Source: Anthoceros angustus (taxonomy: Eukaryota; Plantae; Anthocerotophyta). Taken from it: a stretch of DNA of 64,000 bases. Positions 50,540-63,600 of this stretch are shown piece by piece. The DNA lies in assembly GCA_010909165.1 (NCBI GenBank), contig VJWM01000284.1, forward strand, positions 66,488 through 130,487, in the 5' to 3' direction. A model generated the notes under the pieces. That model saw nothing but the letters and a program-made list of their open reading frames with translations. It made no database searches and had not been told where the DNA came from. The stretch's first letter is position 1. Every line of letters begins with the position of its first letter. The translations under genes and the position numbers were made by a program.

Positions 50540-51878
50540 AGGGCATACGAATCAAATGCATACTTGGAACCATATCCTGCATGTATTCATGGGAGGTAGG
50601 GTACAAGGGGCCATGGATGTGTTCACCATGGTGGGGAAACCAGATGCCTACACGTGCTCTTGCATAGGCTCCGCACATTCCAAGCACGGGAAACCAAATG
50701 AGGCGATTCAACTGTACCTTGAGATGCGTAGTCCAGGTGTGCAGGCGGATGCTCACATGTTTGTGGCTGCCTTTCAAGCTTGTGCACCTTCCGCCGACTT
50801 GGAATCTGGGAGAAAAGTGCTCTTCGATGTGTTGAACAGTGGCACTCATCCTGGCTTATTCGTTGGCAGCTGCCTGGTGGACTTATATGCAAAATGTGGC
50901 GAACTGAAGGATGCCCGCTGGATTTTTGATAGCTTGGTCAGAAGGGATGTGTTGACATGGACGGCTCTGATTGCAGGGTATGCAAATCATGGTGTTCGTC
51001 AAGAGGCGCGTTTTCTGTATGAACTAATGGAGCAAGAGGGAGTGATTGTGGCTGACCATGTTACTGTTACTTGCCTTCTCAAGGTCTGTGCCAGCGCTGG
51101 TGCCTTACAAAAGGGCAGGCAGATGCATTGACAGATTGTGTCAGGAGGACAGCTAGATAACACACTCATGGGCAACTGCCTGGGGGACATGTATGTAAAG
51201 TGTGGAGAAGTTGAAGATGCACGCCAGGTTTTGGACAATTTGGCCAAAAAGGATGTGGTGACATGGACGCCCTCATTGCCGGGTATGCATGCCACATAGC
51301 TGGGTATGCACAGCTGGGGCTGGGTGACGAGGCGCTTGTTCTGAGTGGACAAAGGGAGCTTGAGGGCCTGATTGTGGTGGCTATGTTACGTTTGCTGGCC
51401 TTCTGAAGGCCGAAGGTCTGTGCACGGGATGGTGCCTTACGGAAGGGCAGGCAGCTGCACTCCCTGGATAACTTACTAGTGGGCAACAGCTTGGTGGATA
51501 AGTATGCCAAATGTGGCAAAGTGGGAGATGCATGGCGGGTTTCTTGACGGCTTGTCCACAAACAATGTGGCTGACATGAACGGCCCGCATCGCTTCGGCC
51601 AAGAAGCGCTTGTTGTGTGCGGAAAAATGGAGCTGGAGGGCCTGATTGTGGCTGACGAAGTTACTTTCGCTTGCCTTCTGAAGGCCTGTGCATGCGCTGG
51701 TGCCTTACAGAAGGGCAGGCAGTTGCACTCACAGCGTATGGAAAGAGGAAAGCGATATCACATACTGGTAGTGGACATGTATGCAAAATGTGGCAAACCG
51801 GAAGATGCTCGCCTGGTTTTTGATAGCGTGGAAGCTGGACTCAATTTGTTATTATGCAACAAAACACAGTCGCTTTAG
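50540..51878 (+). pseudogene. PLS-class PPR pseudogene of the same family as 44331-46715; no E/DYW seen
   Basis: AMDVFTMVGKPD, KHGKPNEAIQLY, ADLESGRKV and FACLLKACACAGALQKGRQLH, with a stop at 51129-51131 and frameshifts. Confidence 0.9.
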
Positions 51879-52429
51879 TGCTTGTGGGGTTTTGGGGCGG
51901 GGTCACATGACTCATTGATCACGATTCACACATCGAACTAGCGCAGCTGGCAAGCCAGCCGTTGAGTCGGGCAATGTACATGTATGGCCTGCCAATGCAA
52001 ACATGTTTGTCGATACTTACAGATCTGGTAGCTGCCAGAAACGTGGGTCCGGGCTCTCGTTTTTCAAATTTGCAACGGCCAGGCTGCCGTGCGGCCAATC
52101 CAGTTCCGATCCTCCAGCAGTGCACGATGTGTGGCATACATATGTCGACCCAGAGGGTGTGTGGAGCCTGCAAGTGTTGCTGCTGCAGACTGTGGTATGC
52201 ACGGTACGGACCCGGAATCCCGTTTCCCAACGCACCTCTTTTTCTCTCTCGCCTCTCGCAGGGGCCGGGGCCACATGCATGACGTGTGTACTGTACATTC
52301 CTCTCCACCGGGTCGCCGACGCCGTCGAGCTTGCAGGTTGCAGGTTGCAGGGGCCGGGCAGCTGCATCCAAATTTGGTGCGTCTCTACTGTATCCAATCA
52401 AGCGCACCGCGCACCCTTGGTTGCCTCGC

Positions 52430-52476
52430 CCGTCGGGCCGTCGGGCCGTCGGGCCGTCGGACCGTCGGACCGTCGG
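52430..52476. repeat. 8-bp tandem repeat (CCGTCGGR) x6
   Basis: Read directly from the sequence. Confidence 0.9.
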
Positions 52477-53234
52477 CGTCCATCCCATTGGACTGTCGGT
52501 GTCGGAACTGCGTGCATGAGCAGCAGTTTGGCATTTCACGGAACCCAAAGGGTAGGTAGGTAGGTAGTTGAAACTGGAGTTCCTGGTACCGTTTGAATGA
52601 CCACCCAAATTTACATTTTCATAATATCACGTATGTAGCCAAAAACAAAAAACTGGAATGGAACGTTGGAGTTGGACTGGACTGAGGACTGCATCCCCCT
52701 CTCTCTATCTCTTCCGACTGTCCCTGACTCTCCTTACCGCGCTCCCGGCTTCTTCCCCGCTGCTGCCATCGCCTCTTCCGACAACAAGCCAAGCCCCTTG
52801 CTTCCTCGCCCTCGCTCCGTACATCCCTTTCCCTTTCCCGTCCCCGCCTCGCCTCGCCTCGCCGCTCGCTTCTCTGCCCCTCGGACTCTCTCCATTCCGC
52901 TATCGCCCCATCTGCATTGTGTGTTTGTGTGTGTAGGATTGGAGGTCAAATCTGGGCCGAGCTTTCCCGGAATTCGGTCAACAGGGAGTGTCAGTGCACA
53001 ATCCGATGCCCAGACCCAGCTCTAGATTGCGGTGTCGGATTCAGGGGAGGTGAAATTCGCAGCGGGGCATTCAGGAGCGGGCGGAATCGGATGCAGCAGA
53101 GACCGGGGGGACGGTGACAGGTGACGCCAACAGTGTGTCCCCTAATTCTGCCCGCATTGGCATTGCCGGATGCCAATTGGCGCGGAATCGAGCTGAATGG
53201 ATCTGAGCTGAAGGCGCGGAGGAAGTCCAGGGCC

Positions 53235-55049
53235 ATGGACCGGGTGGTGGGGTGGGCTGCATTGCTGCTGCTGCTGCAACTGTGTCTCCTCTTCAGCGCA
53301 GCAGGTATGCCAATGCCGATGGAGCGATGGCAGCAGTGCGGCCATGGAGGTCTGTGAGATGAATGCATTGCCAATTGTTGTTGCACTTGTGACGGTGGTG
53401 GGTGGTTTGTGCGCAGGATCGAAGCAAGTGGGAGTGTGCTGGGGGAGGTCGGCGACGGACCTGCCGCCGGCGTCGCAGACGGTGCAGCTGCTGGAGCAGT
53501 ACGGGATCACCAGGGTGCGCCTGTTCGACTCGGATTCCTCCAGCCTCAAGGCGCTGGCCGGGAGCAACATCGAGGTGATCGTGGGGGTGACCAACCAGGA
53601 GCTGCTGGGGCTGGCCATGTCGGGGGACGCGGCCAGCAAGTGGGTGGAGAACAATGTGGCGGCCTACGTGCCCAAGGTGAACATCAAGATGGTGGCGGTG
53701 GGCTCTGAGGTGCTCACCACCACTAACCTGTCGCAGTACCTGGTGTCGGCAATGATCAACATCCACACGGCGCTCACCAAGAAGCAGCTGGACGGGAGCA
53801 TCAAGGTGTCCACGCCCAACTCCATGTCCGTGCTGCAGAAGTCATATCCGCCCTCGGCGGGGAGGTTCAACGCCAGCCTGGAGGACGTGGTGGGGGACAT
53901 GCTCTCCTTTCTGCAGAAGACGGGCTCCGTCTTCATGATCAACACCTACCCCTACTACGCCTACGTGCAGGATCCCGGCAACATCAGCCTCAACTACGCC
54001 CTCCTCCAGGCCACGCAGCCCGTGGTGGATTCCGGCTCCGGGTTCAAGTACTACGGCCTCTACGAGGCGCAGGTGGATGCCGTCTACGCTGCTCTCAGCT
54101 TCTACAACTACTCGCAGATCACAGTGCTGGTGTCGGAGGCGGGATGGCCCTCCAAGGGGGACTCCGGGGAGACGGCGGCCACGGTGAACAACGCGCAGGC
54201 CTTCAACGGAAACCTGGTGAAGCACTCGCTGAGCAACCAGGGGACGCCCGGGAAGGTGGGCATGGAGATTGATGTCTACATCTTCGCACTCTACAACGAG
54301 AACGGCAAGCCGGGGCCAGCGTCCGAGCGCAACTGGGGGCTCTTCACGCCCGACCAGAAGCAGGTGTACCAGATCAGCTTCACCTCGTCCGGGAGTTCCA
54401 GCTCCGGGGGAGGAGGCGGGAGCGGCGGAGGAGGGAACGGCGGGGGGAACAAAGTCCGGGCCTGGTGCGTGGGGAGAACGAGTGCGTCCAATGCCAGCCT
54501 GCAGGCTGGGCTGGACTGGGCTTGCGGGCCGCAAGGCCAGGCGGACTGCGGCCCCATCCAGCCCGGGGGTCGCTGCTTCGTGCCCAACACCGTCTACAGC
54601 CATGCTTCCTATGCTTTCAACAGCTTCTGGGTCAGGAGCGGCTTCCAATCCCAAGCTTGCAATTTCTCTGGAGCTGCCACCTTGAGCACCACCGATCCAA
54701 GTGCGTTCTGCATCTTTTCCCTGCATTCCTTTCATCTTCCTGCCATGCTGCCCCGTGATGCTGGACATGGATTTTAAGCTCATGCCTTGGTGTTTCCTTT
54801 TCCTCTTTGGCAGGTACTGCAACATGCTTCTACCAATCAAGCGTAGGGTATGTTGCCGATGTGCAAGGAGGATGTTCCTTCCGTGTTCTTCATCTTTCAT
54901 TACCCGGCCTCACCCTCTGACTGTGGGATCTGGTTGCTTGTCTGTCGTTGAGCAGCTCGTCTGCAGGTGTGCTACCCTTGGAGCGGGGCAATCGAATAGC
55001 CATCATGGCAGCAGTGGCTCTCCTCTTCTTCCTTGTCAACTTCAACTAA
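53235..55049 (+). CDS. Glucan endo-1,3-beta-glucosidase (GH17) with X8/CBM43 domain and GPI signal; exons 53235-53304, 53417-54700, 54814-54847, 54956-55049
   Basis: Signal-peptide exon; VGVCWGR, AVGSEV, INTYPYY, VSEAGWPS, FALYNE..KPGPASERNWGLF; Gly linker; X8 WCV..LDWACG..DC..I.PGG.CF.PN..HASYAFN; hydrophobic C-terminal tail. GT-AG introns are phase-consistent. Confidence 0.95.
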
Positions 55050-55899
55050 AAGCTTCGCATTTCCTCACCTTCCGTCTCCATTTCGGGTCTGCATAACGTT
55101 AACCTTGTGACTGCAAATTTTGACAGTTTCTTAGCATAATTTATATGCGCACCCTATTGATGCAACGTGGGCAACGGTTCTGGCATCCGTCAGGTTTTTG
55201 CATTATTATTGCTCACAGGGTTCTCTTCTTGGTGTCCTTTTGACTCTTGATATAGCAGGTTCTGTTAGCAAAATAATCCATGCGTCAGGCTAGATCAGTA
55301 GGAGTTGGTCCATCACAGGCGGTGGGCTTGTGTGAGCAGATGCGCAGTTGAAGTGATTCATCAGAGAGTCTCTGGATGTGTGTCGCATGGACTCGTAGAT
55401 GTAAAGTCTCATTCAGATTGCCTCTGAATGCTGGGAGTGAATGCTCACGTAGAGTAGGCCAGTTATAGCCATGTTTCTGGTACATACTAGTGTCAAATAC
55501 AGGAAGAGGATGATGTGCAGCGCACTTTTTGGGGCTTGTGATCTTGCTACCATTGTACTATCCTTTTCAGGAGAAAACGTCACCAGCAGCACAGCATCTG
55601 CTGGCTGGCATCATTTGTGCCCGAATTGTGTCCGTCAGACATATCGTGTCCAGTCCCATAAAAGTTCCCTTCTGCACTTCAACCATCCAGAGTACCTATA
55701 CGTCTGGGGCTTTTGACACTCTCTGACTCGGTGTCCCAGGGACACTCGGTACTCTAAACTGGAACCCCTGGAAATCTCATAGCCACAGGTCACAGCAGGG
55801 TAGCTGCTCGGAAGATGAAGCGCTAACAGCAGCCGCAGATGCAGATGCATGGGAGGTTGATTCAGGCTGAGTTGGAGCAGAAAGTCACCCACAAAGCTA

Positions 55900-56930
55900 G
55901 TACCTGGATGATATACGCTATAGGGAGATCTCCAGGTTGTGTTCTGTGGCCTTCTGAGACAGCTAAGAAGCCCTGCAGGCAAGCATCCATCCGCCACACA
56001 ACATGGATCTCTCAGCCCGACGCATCACACCTGCTGATCTAATTTAAAAAGCAGTGCACCATAAAATCCAGACCAAGACAAGTTAGAGTACTGGCCTTGA
56101 GGAGTCATACATGAGACCCGACGCGGGCATTAACATAGGCCTTGTGAGCACTCGGTTGATGTTCACGGCATCCATATCCCAGCCACAGCTACAAACTATG
56201 GCGCAGCACATTCACAGCCTCCGAAACTTCCCCACACCACCCTCCTCATCATCACTCCACATGATCGCACATAGGGCAGCTCAGCATAATGCAGCTGCTT
56301 CATGAACTGCCTTTCCCTAGTTCGAATTCACAGCAAGGGTGATGTTGGAGCAGAATGTCACATGACATCATTTTGAGGCTCCATGTTGAGATGATGCATC
56401 ACCTCAACTTTTCTCGAGCTTGAACCCATATCTGCTGCAGACATTTGTCACCTTCCATGGCCTGGTTCTGGCACCGGGAGGCAATTCCGCAGGCAAGCCA
56501 TCAAGGTTGGTATGATGAATCAGTCTAAGGCGTGAAGATTTCCACTGGCAGCCAGGAGTTGTTATCCAAACCCGATGTCTGGAAGATGAGGAGAGCTGCT
56601 GGTGCTGCCATGATGGCTGTTCGGTTGCACCGGTCCAAGGCTTAAACACTCTTGCACACGAACTGCCTACAGACAGACAGGGGGAACAATTTCAAAACCT
56701 TTCCGAGGGTGGGGCCGGGTACGAAGAGGAAGAAAACGGAAGGAACATCCTTGCACATGATAGAACCTTCACAACATTGCCTTGGGGCTATAGCATACAG
56801 TCTTTGGACTTCCTATAACAGTGCTCGATTGGTAGTTGCAGTAAGTAGTTCAGTACCTGCAGAAGACAATTTTTTATCCCAGGGCATGAACAGCATCCAT
56901 GTCCCATGATGAGACATCATCGTAGGAAGG
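55900..56930 (-). pseudogene. Inverted, diverged relic of the GH17 3' end (intron 2 tail, exon 3, exon 4) plus flank
   Basis: Reverse complement gives gcaggtactg..taccaatcgagc (cf. exon 3) and ccttggaccggtgcaaccgaacagccatcatggcagca (cf. exon 4). Confidence 0.65.
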
Positions 56931-57399
56931 AAGAGTCCAATCGTATGCAGATGTGCAACGCATATGGACGTCGATGCATAAACAATGCTTAGGGGTACTT
57001 ATAAATGTAATGTAACCAACAAAGACCACCACTTGCAGAACGAGATGGGAAGAGAAGTCAAGCTACCAATCCATTCTCACCATTCACGAATGGAGCAAAA
57101 GGAACGTGTAAGGCCGAGCGTCTTCATAACCGTAAAAAGAAAGTAGACAAGTACATTCAAGAAGACCCGATAACACTTGTTTGGCAAGGTTTGAAACAAC
57201 TAAATTATCCATTTTTTCTTTTTCCCTTTTTGGGGGCAACAAAGATCGCTAAGCTATTAGGCAACCTAAATCGCCTACGGAACTTCAAGAGCCTGGTGGT
57301 TCCGGGCTAGCTACTATGTGAACATGATGATTACCGCAAAAGAAATATGTCTCAAAGACTGAACACCCCATGGCATGCTGCACCAAACGAAAGCTATCC

Positions 57400-58603
57400 A
57401 AAGGGTCGAAACTCATGATCCGGGGTCATAAAAGGCGGCGGTAGTGGAGGAACTGACTTCTTACAAAAGCTTTATCATACCCGCATCCAGCGTGGGAAAC
57501 TAAATCAAGGCGATGATACATCCTCATTCCCCAAGCGAGGACAATCGCCATGGGTTGGTTGCTCCAAGCATTTTGGGCCACGTTGTAGACAGTGTGGGGT
57601 GGATAAAATCGCGAAGCCGATACAAAGGTTGGTGTCAAGGATACAATCATCGCCACCGACACAATCGCGAACTCCTCGTCGAACTCGGCCTGCAAGAACA
57701 AGTCCTGTGGCATCACCGCAAAAGGGAGGAACTCAAGTAGCCGGGTCCTTTGAAAATGTGAATGCCGGAAAGCGTGGTCATGATCACCGAGAGAAAACAT
57801 CCGATCCACGTTATGACCTTGAGGATTTGGAAAACCGAGGGAACAAGGCGATTACATTACTCCAAGTTCCATCACTCATATTGTAAGACGCCACTCCCAA
57901 AGGCCATGACCTAAGGCTATAGTCAACCGCCACACGAGAGGAAGCCATTGCAATATGCGCTCCCAAGATCATAGCCGAGTCGCAAGGGGGCCTCCCATTG
58001 ATATTCCAAACACCAAGCACGAGTCATATACTTGCGTGTTGGGCGAGAGCATTAGGCGCTTGATTGTAACGATTCGATTTTGAGTGTCCGGAGAGACAAT
58101 GATCTTGTACGAGTTCGACGGTCGGTCCACAACCATATGGAAAACCAACGGGGTATACCAGATCTGGAACCATTGTAGGCAACTCCTCCACATCCTTGTG
58201 AGAGGGTTGCACACAAGCTGGACGTCATGATTATTCATGGCCTCGGACACATAGTTGATGCATAAAAGGCCCTCACTGAAGACACCCAACATGAGGTAAT
58301 CGCGAGGAAGAAAGACAATGACGGCAGCCTCGCCATCTGCGAGATTGACGTCATATGCTAAGCACTTTTCTCATCGCCTCTAGAAATGTACATGGGCGCA
58401 TAGGTGCCGACGTGAGAGTCTCAAAGATAAGTCTGGGCTAGGGATAGAATGGTGTGATTCCGTGCCTTGAGAGAGTGAGAGCCCGAAACGACTATGCAGA
58501 GGTAGGCGAGATGACTTCTTCCAGAAGTCATGGGAAGATTACTCCACAATCTTGGATCCATGGGAGAACACTCTTCGCTGCGCCTATGCCTATGCTGTGT
58601 CAT
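57400..58603 (-). pseudogene. F-box (beta-propeller/kelch-like) pseudogene
   Basis: MDPRLWSNLP, SEGLLC, LVCNPLTRMWR, VDRPSNSYKII, TQVYDS and YNMSDGTWS are spread over several frames. Confidence 0.8.
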
Positions 58604-59020
58604 CTTGCTTATGATCTCCTTTCATCGAGCTCTTGCCGCATGCCATATTGATATCGGGCAAATCATAGAATCTTCAAGATGAAGCTATGACTCACAAGGA
58701 CACCGGAACAATATACCGCCGAAAATCAAAGCTTCATGAAATATGGTGGTCTTTTAACTGCTCAAGAATTACTAACCTAAAGTTCAAGGAAGAATATGTC
58801 CTTTAATTTCTCCAAAGGATCATTCGAGGAAGAATATGTCACTCTATCAAGTAAAACCGTGATCACGAGGTACATATATAGGCTTTGAATTTCCTATGAA
58901 ACCGATATTATGAACTTAACATAGTAAAAGGAGAGAATATTTATGTCACTTTCTAAACACATCTACCTACTTGGAACATCGGATCAATACATATATAGTC
59001 TTTTTATTTATTATATTTAT

Positions 59021-59332
59021 AGATGCACGGAAGCGCTCTTCAAAGTGAGCATGCACACTCGGACTCCAGTCTAGTCCCCGGGTCATTGATAGAGACCCAC
59101 CATCCATTGTCGCATTGTAGCCCCTTACATCATCATCATCAATCAATCGCTTTGGTCACGAAATTCTTCCAGCTTGATTGCCACCGCTTTGAGTCGACTC
59201 ATCGAACGCTACTAGACAGCGGTCTTGAATATGGCGAAGGCCTGGTCAGATCTCCTCCTTGGAATCGAAGATACGGCTTGGAGCTCGCACAATATTAATG
59301 GTGGCGGTGGCAATGGTGTGTGTTGCTCTCCA
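59021..59332 (+). pseudogene. Relic copy of the promoter and signal-peptide region of the 1081-1462 gene, cut by a Copia LTR
   Basis: Matches the reverse complement of ~1405-1722 (ggagctcgcacaat..gcaatggtgtgtgttgctct). Confidence 0.7.
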
Positions 59333-60650
59333 TGTTAGAGATTTAATCCTCCTGCCTCTTATTAGGATATACTAGGATGCACTCGAGACTAGGATGCACT
59401 CTCGAGACTAGGATATTGCACTCTCGAGACTAGGATATTGCACTCGAGACTAGGATATTGCACTCGAGACTAGGATATTGCACTCTCGAGACTAGGGCAT
59501 TGCACTCTGAGACTAGGATATTGCACTCTAGACTAGGGCTTACCTCCTCGATAGTTGCCCTTTAAGGGCTATATATGTAGCACCTGCACCATATTGACCC
59601 AGTACCGTGGAGCCTATCTAAGCCGTGGTGCTGTGTGTGCCATCCATTGCCTGCTTGTATACGCTAACTAGTTGTGTTGATCTCGTTGCCAGGTGTTATG
59701 TCGGCGAGGGTTCTTACATGGTATCGGGCGGGAACACTAATCGCGAGACTTGATAAGAGAGGACGGAGTTGTGATGGCGATGGGCTCGGTAACCACCGCG
59801 GCCTTGAGGACGCGGGTGTTTGATGGAACGGAGTTCCATGTATGGAAAAAGGTCCATGAAGGTTCTGGCGATGGCGGAGGACGCGTATATGGCATTGCAG
59901 GCAAAGAGCGAAACCCGAAGATGAGGGAGGCGAGAGAATGGATGCGGAGAGACTACAAGGCGACTCTCCTATATATGAATCTCTCTGGCGACTGGTGAAG
60001 GTCGGAGAGACCACAAGGCACTCTCCTATATATGAATCTCTACGGCGCAAAGGTCGGAGAACCGCATAAGGGCACGGAGCATATTGGAATCTTCTCGATG
60101 AGAAATATGGCGAAGGAGGCGGTGAAGTATTTCACTTGTTTTGTCATGTGACGACTTTGAAGTATTCACGGAGGCGATTTGCAGCTTACGACACCTTTCC
60201 TTTAATGTTCTACATCACTATGGCGCTTTGCTATCCGAGGAGGACATATGAAGATGTTTCTATATCGTTCAATGCCCAAGCTTGGTGGGTTCATAGATTT
60301 CCTAATAGCCCAAGACACTCTCACATGGGAGGAGGTCACCTCTAAGATGTTGGTGAAGGAGACTGCCGATTGGACGCCTTGATGGCGGGGTCTTCAGTGC
60401 AGCATGCGATGTTCATCAAGGGAAGGGACGGAACAACCGAACAAGGACAAGCGAGTCCTCGCGAGGGACAAGGACAAGAGACTAGTGAAGAGGGGATGGT
60501 CTGAAATGCTTCAAGTATGGTCATTATGAGAAGGATTGCAAGGATCGGAAGACCGCACATCTCGGAGGGTGAGAGTAAAGGCGAGGTTGCGGAGGCAACG
60601 TCATGAAGTATTGCACGTGCTACGATTACCTGGCCGAAAAACGATACATG
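59333..60650 (+). mobile_element. Ty1/Copia 5' LTR (59333-59718), PBS and decayed gag
   Basis: TGTTAG...CTTACA, then PBS tggtatcgggc; gag N-terminal motif FDGTEFHVWKK. Confidence 0.8.
59369..59540. repeat. About eight tandem 18-22 bp units (ACTAGGATATTGCACTC[TC]GAG) inside the LTR
   Basis: Read directly from the sequence. Confidence 0.9.
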
Positions 60651-60699
60651 ACGATAGATTCTGTACATCCTTTATGGTGAAGGATAAGGGCTCCTTCAA

Positions 60700-63600
60700 G
60701 ACTACAAGAGGGAGAAGACAGTGCGCTAGGGAATGACATCGAGATGAGCGTCGAGGGTGTGGAGAGTACAGGCTCAAATAGCTCGGCGAGGTCAAGGCAA
60801 TGGAAGGAGCCTGTTTGTACCGCACCCTCTTGTGGAAGACCACATGTACACTAACCCTCCTAGGCATTGGTTTGAATGTTTTTTTTTTTTTTCTTATGTT
60901 TTGTGTGATGGAGTGCTTAGGAATGTCAAGGCAAGGCCTTTTATACTAAAAGTGGTCCTTGGCCCATGGCAATATTACTTTTACAAATAATTAGTCCTTG
61001 GGCCTCGAACACAGGAATGTCAGGTGCTAGAAGGTCCTTGGACCTTGGGATTTTAGGAATAAAATTGTCTATGTAAGGTGGGGGATTCTTCATTCAACGT
61101 TGGCCGAGGAACAAGTGGAGGCGGCACCTGGAGAAGTTCAAGCTAGCGGAGGTATAAGCGGAGAGGCAGGCTAGGGCCGGGGTCAAGAGAGAGGCAGGCG
61201 GTAGAAGGGGGAGCATCGACCTGCGGTGGTGGCTTGACCCCAGTTGAAACGACCACGCAGTGGTGGGCCGGCCGTCGCGTAAGAAGGACCCGGTGGGGAA
61301 GCCCGTCAGAGCTAGGAGGATGCAACTCCTCAGATTCGAGGAAGCGGCCCGAGATTGTCCACAGGCGGGCATACCCTTGAGGTTGTGCTCGAGAAATGAG
61401 CAAGGCGGAGGCTAGAGCATGGATGGAGGAACGCATATTTTGGTCCGGTGATGAGGCGAGAAAGCGTCTTGCGAGGCGGTAGGCGGACGGCGCCTCCTAG
61501 GAGGAGTGAAGGGACCTCGGATAGCGGGAGTGGAGATATTAAGGGAGGATCTTCCGGATCGGGCGTGGTAGGAGGCGAGGGAACACCCATGGGCCTGAGG
61601 TTAGGCAGCCTAGCGGAGGCGGTGTGATTTTAGAGGAGTGGCATCATAGGCGGGGCTTTCACTTGGATTACAGGATAAGGTGCTAGGAAGCTTGTGACAC
61701 CAGATGCAGATTGGTGGTGGCTCCGTGGTTGATTAGCCATCTTTAGACAGGTAGGTTAGCCATCTTTAGACCTTGGGAAAGTGAGCTATGGCGCCGGCTG
61801 GGATGTACAAGAGACCCACGTGGCGCGACTTTCGGCGATGGCGGTAGGCGACAATCCGTGTCGTTGTAGGAAGAAGTCCGTTCCCAAGGAATGATAGGCT
61901 CCGTTTACGCGTTTGGTGATTCCTACCCTTAGCGCTCGTTCGGCCTCAACACACATACTCCTAACTACTCTAGCGTTCACCGTCAGCCGGTATGGCCAAG
62001 CGTTTAAGGACCCGTTCGTCCGTATCGTTCACATCCGTCACTCACACATCGGTCCTTTCCTCTCTCCCCTCACGCTACACTCCTCGGTCTTAGAAAAAGG
62101 CGCGGGTTACGGTCGGACCTCCTCGTCGTTCGCGGGCCTCTCCGTCCGTCTGCCGCCCTCCGGAGTTCCTCGGCTCACGCGTTCCGGTCCGTTCGGTCTT
62201 TGCGCGGCTCGGCACGGGTCACGATCACCCTTCCACACACCACAACCGTTAGGTCGTCACGGGACCACAGTCAATCTCCCGGGCATCGTGCACCTTTCGG
62301 TGACTCGGGACTCACGTTAGCAAGAAGACACACAAAGGTGCAGAGCGGCATCAACACCAAGAAAGATGATTTATTGAGCGGCCTTAGCCCTCTTATACTA
62401 CCGAAGGTCGGCGCCTTTATTACACCTCTATTACGCGAGGGCCATTTCGGTGTACCTAACCCCGCCTACTACTGTTCACCTATCGCCGTCGGTGGTGGGA
62501 TAGCCTCATTCCTTCTTCTTGGCACGGCGGCCAAACCACAGCCGGTGCGCTGTCGGATGATCCGGTAGGGGCCTTCCTCTTCAGTGCAGCCGAGGCACCG
62601 GCGGCGGCGACAGCGGCCAAGTCCTCCTCGTCCTCCCTCTTCTCTCTCTCCGGGCCCCTGGCGATGGGCCCTCAAGGTTGGATCTGCTGGGGTTGGTGGT
62701 GATGGCTCTCCCCACTCCCAGTTTGGACCTCGGGACCTGTCTCGACTCGGTCCGGACCTCTAGGTCGGTCTTCCCTCTGGTCCGGTCTCCTAGCCCCGGC
62801 CTTCTTTGAGTCCGGTCCTCGGGGGCCAGCCTCGGTCCGGTCTTGGACCCAACCCTTCCCACAGGGTCGGACCTCGGGGCGGACTCGTCACTGAGTCTGG
62901 ATCCCTAAGTCGACTTCCTTGGGCGGACCTCGGGGTCGGCCTTTCCTCAGTCAGGACAAAGTCCGGACCTCGACTCTGGGCATGCCTCCTGCCGGGCTAG
63001 CCACGGGTTCATCCCAGAGCCCTCCCTTGGTTCCCGAATGCCCGGTTGCACCTTTCCCCTTCAAGATCCTCCCTCGTCCTTCCATGCGAGGTCAGCTTAC
63101 CTCGGTGTGGCGCCTTCCTCCTCCGGTTCCTCCTGCTCTCCTTCGCTGCTGCTGCTCGTCAAGCAGCTCCTAGGACTCCAGGTTGTCTGTCCCGGGTCTC
63201 CTCCCTCGCTCCTCCTTCCATCCCTTGAGTCCACCCTCCTGCCTGGGGTGGCGCGGGACCTCCAGGCCTTGAGGAGCTCTGCGTGGTAGTAGCGGTCGGA
63301 ATCGACTTCTTGAATCGCCTCCTCCACATGAGCCGGGCACGGTACTCCCTCCTCCACATGAGCCGGGCACGGTACTCCCTCCTCCACATGAGCCGGGCAC
63401 GGTACTCCCTCCTCCACATGAGCCGGGCACGGTACTCCCTCCTCCACATGAGCCGGGCACGGTACTCCCTCCTCCACATGAGCCGGGCACGGTACTCCCT
63501 CCTCCACATGAGCCGGGCACGGTACTCCCTCCTCATAGAATTAAACACGTTCGATGGGCGGCTTGGGAAGGAGGGGTCTGTGGCCCAAGGAGGGGTCCGG

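Noticed and set aside
51919-52608. Overlapping Cys/Arg-rich ORFs on both strands
   Set aside because: GC-rich intergenic sequence with a microsatellite; no domain signal.
53344-53416. N-terminus of the 477-aa ORF-track protein (MEVCEMNALP...)
   Set aside because: It lies in intron 1. The spliced signal-peptide exon at 53235-53304 gives the better model.
53842-54900. 352-aa antisense ORF over the glucanase
   Set aside because: Shadow of a gene with high GC3; no independent motifs.
59369-59540. CRISPR-like look of the short repeats (also 49437-49615 and 63321-63534)
   Set aside because: Head-to-tail repeats with no unique spacers, no cas genes, and a eukaryotic context.
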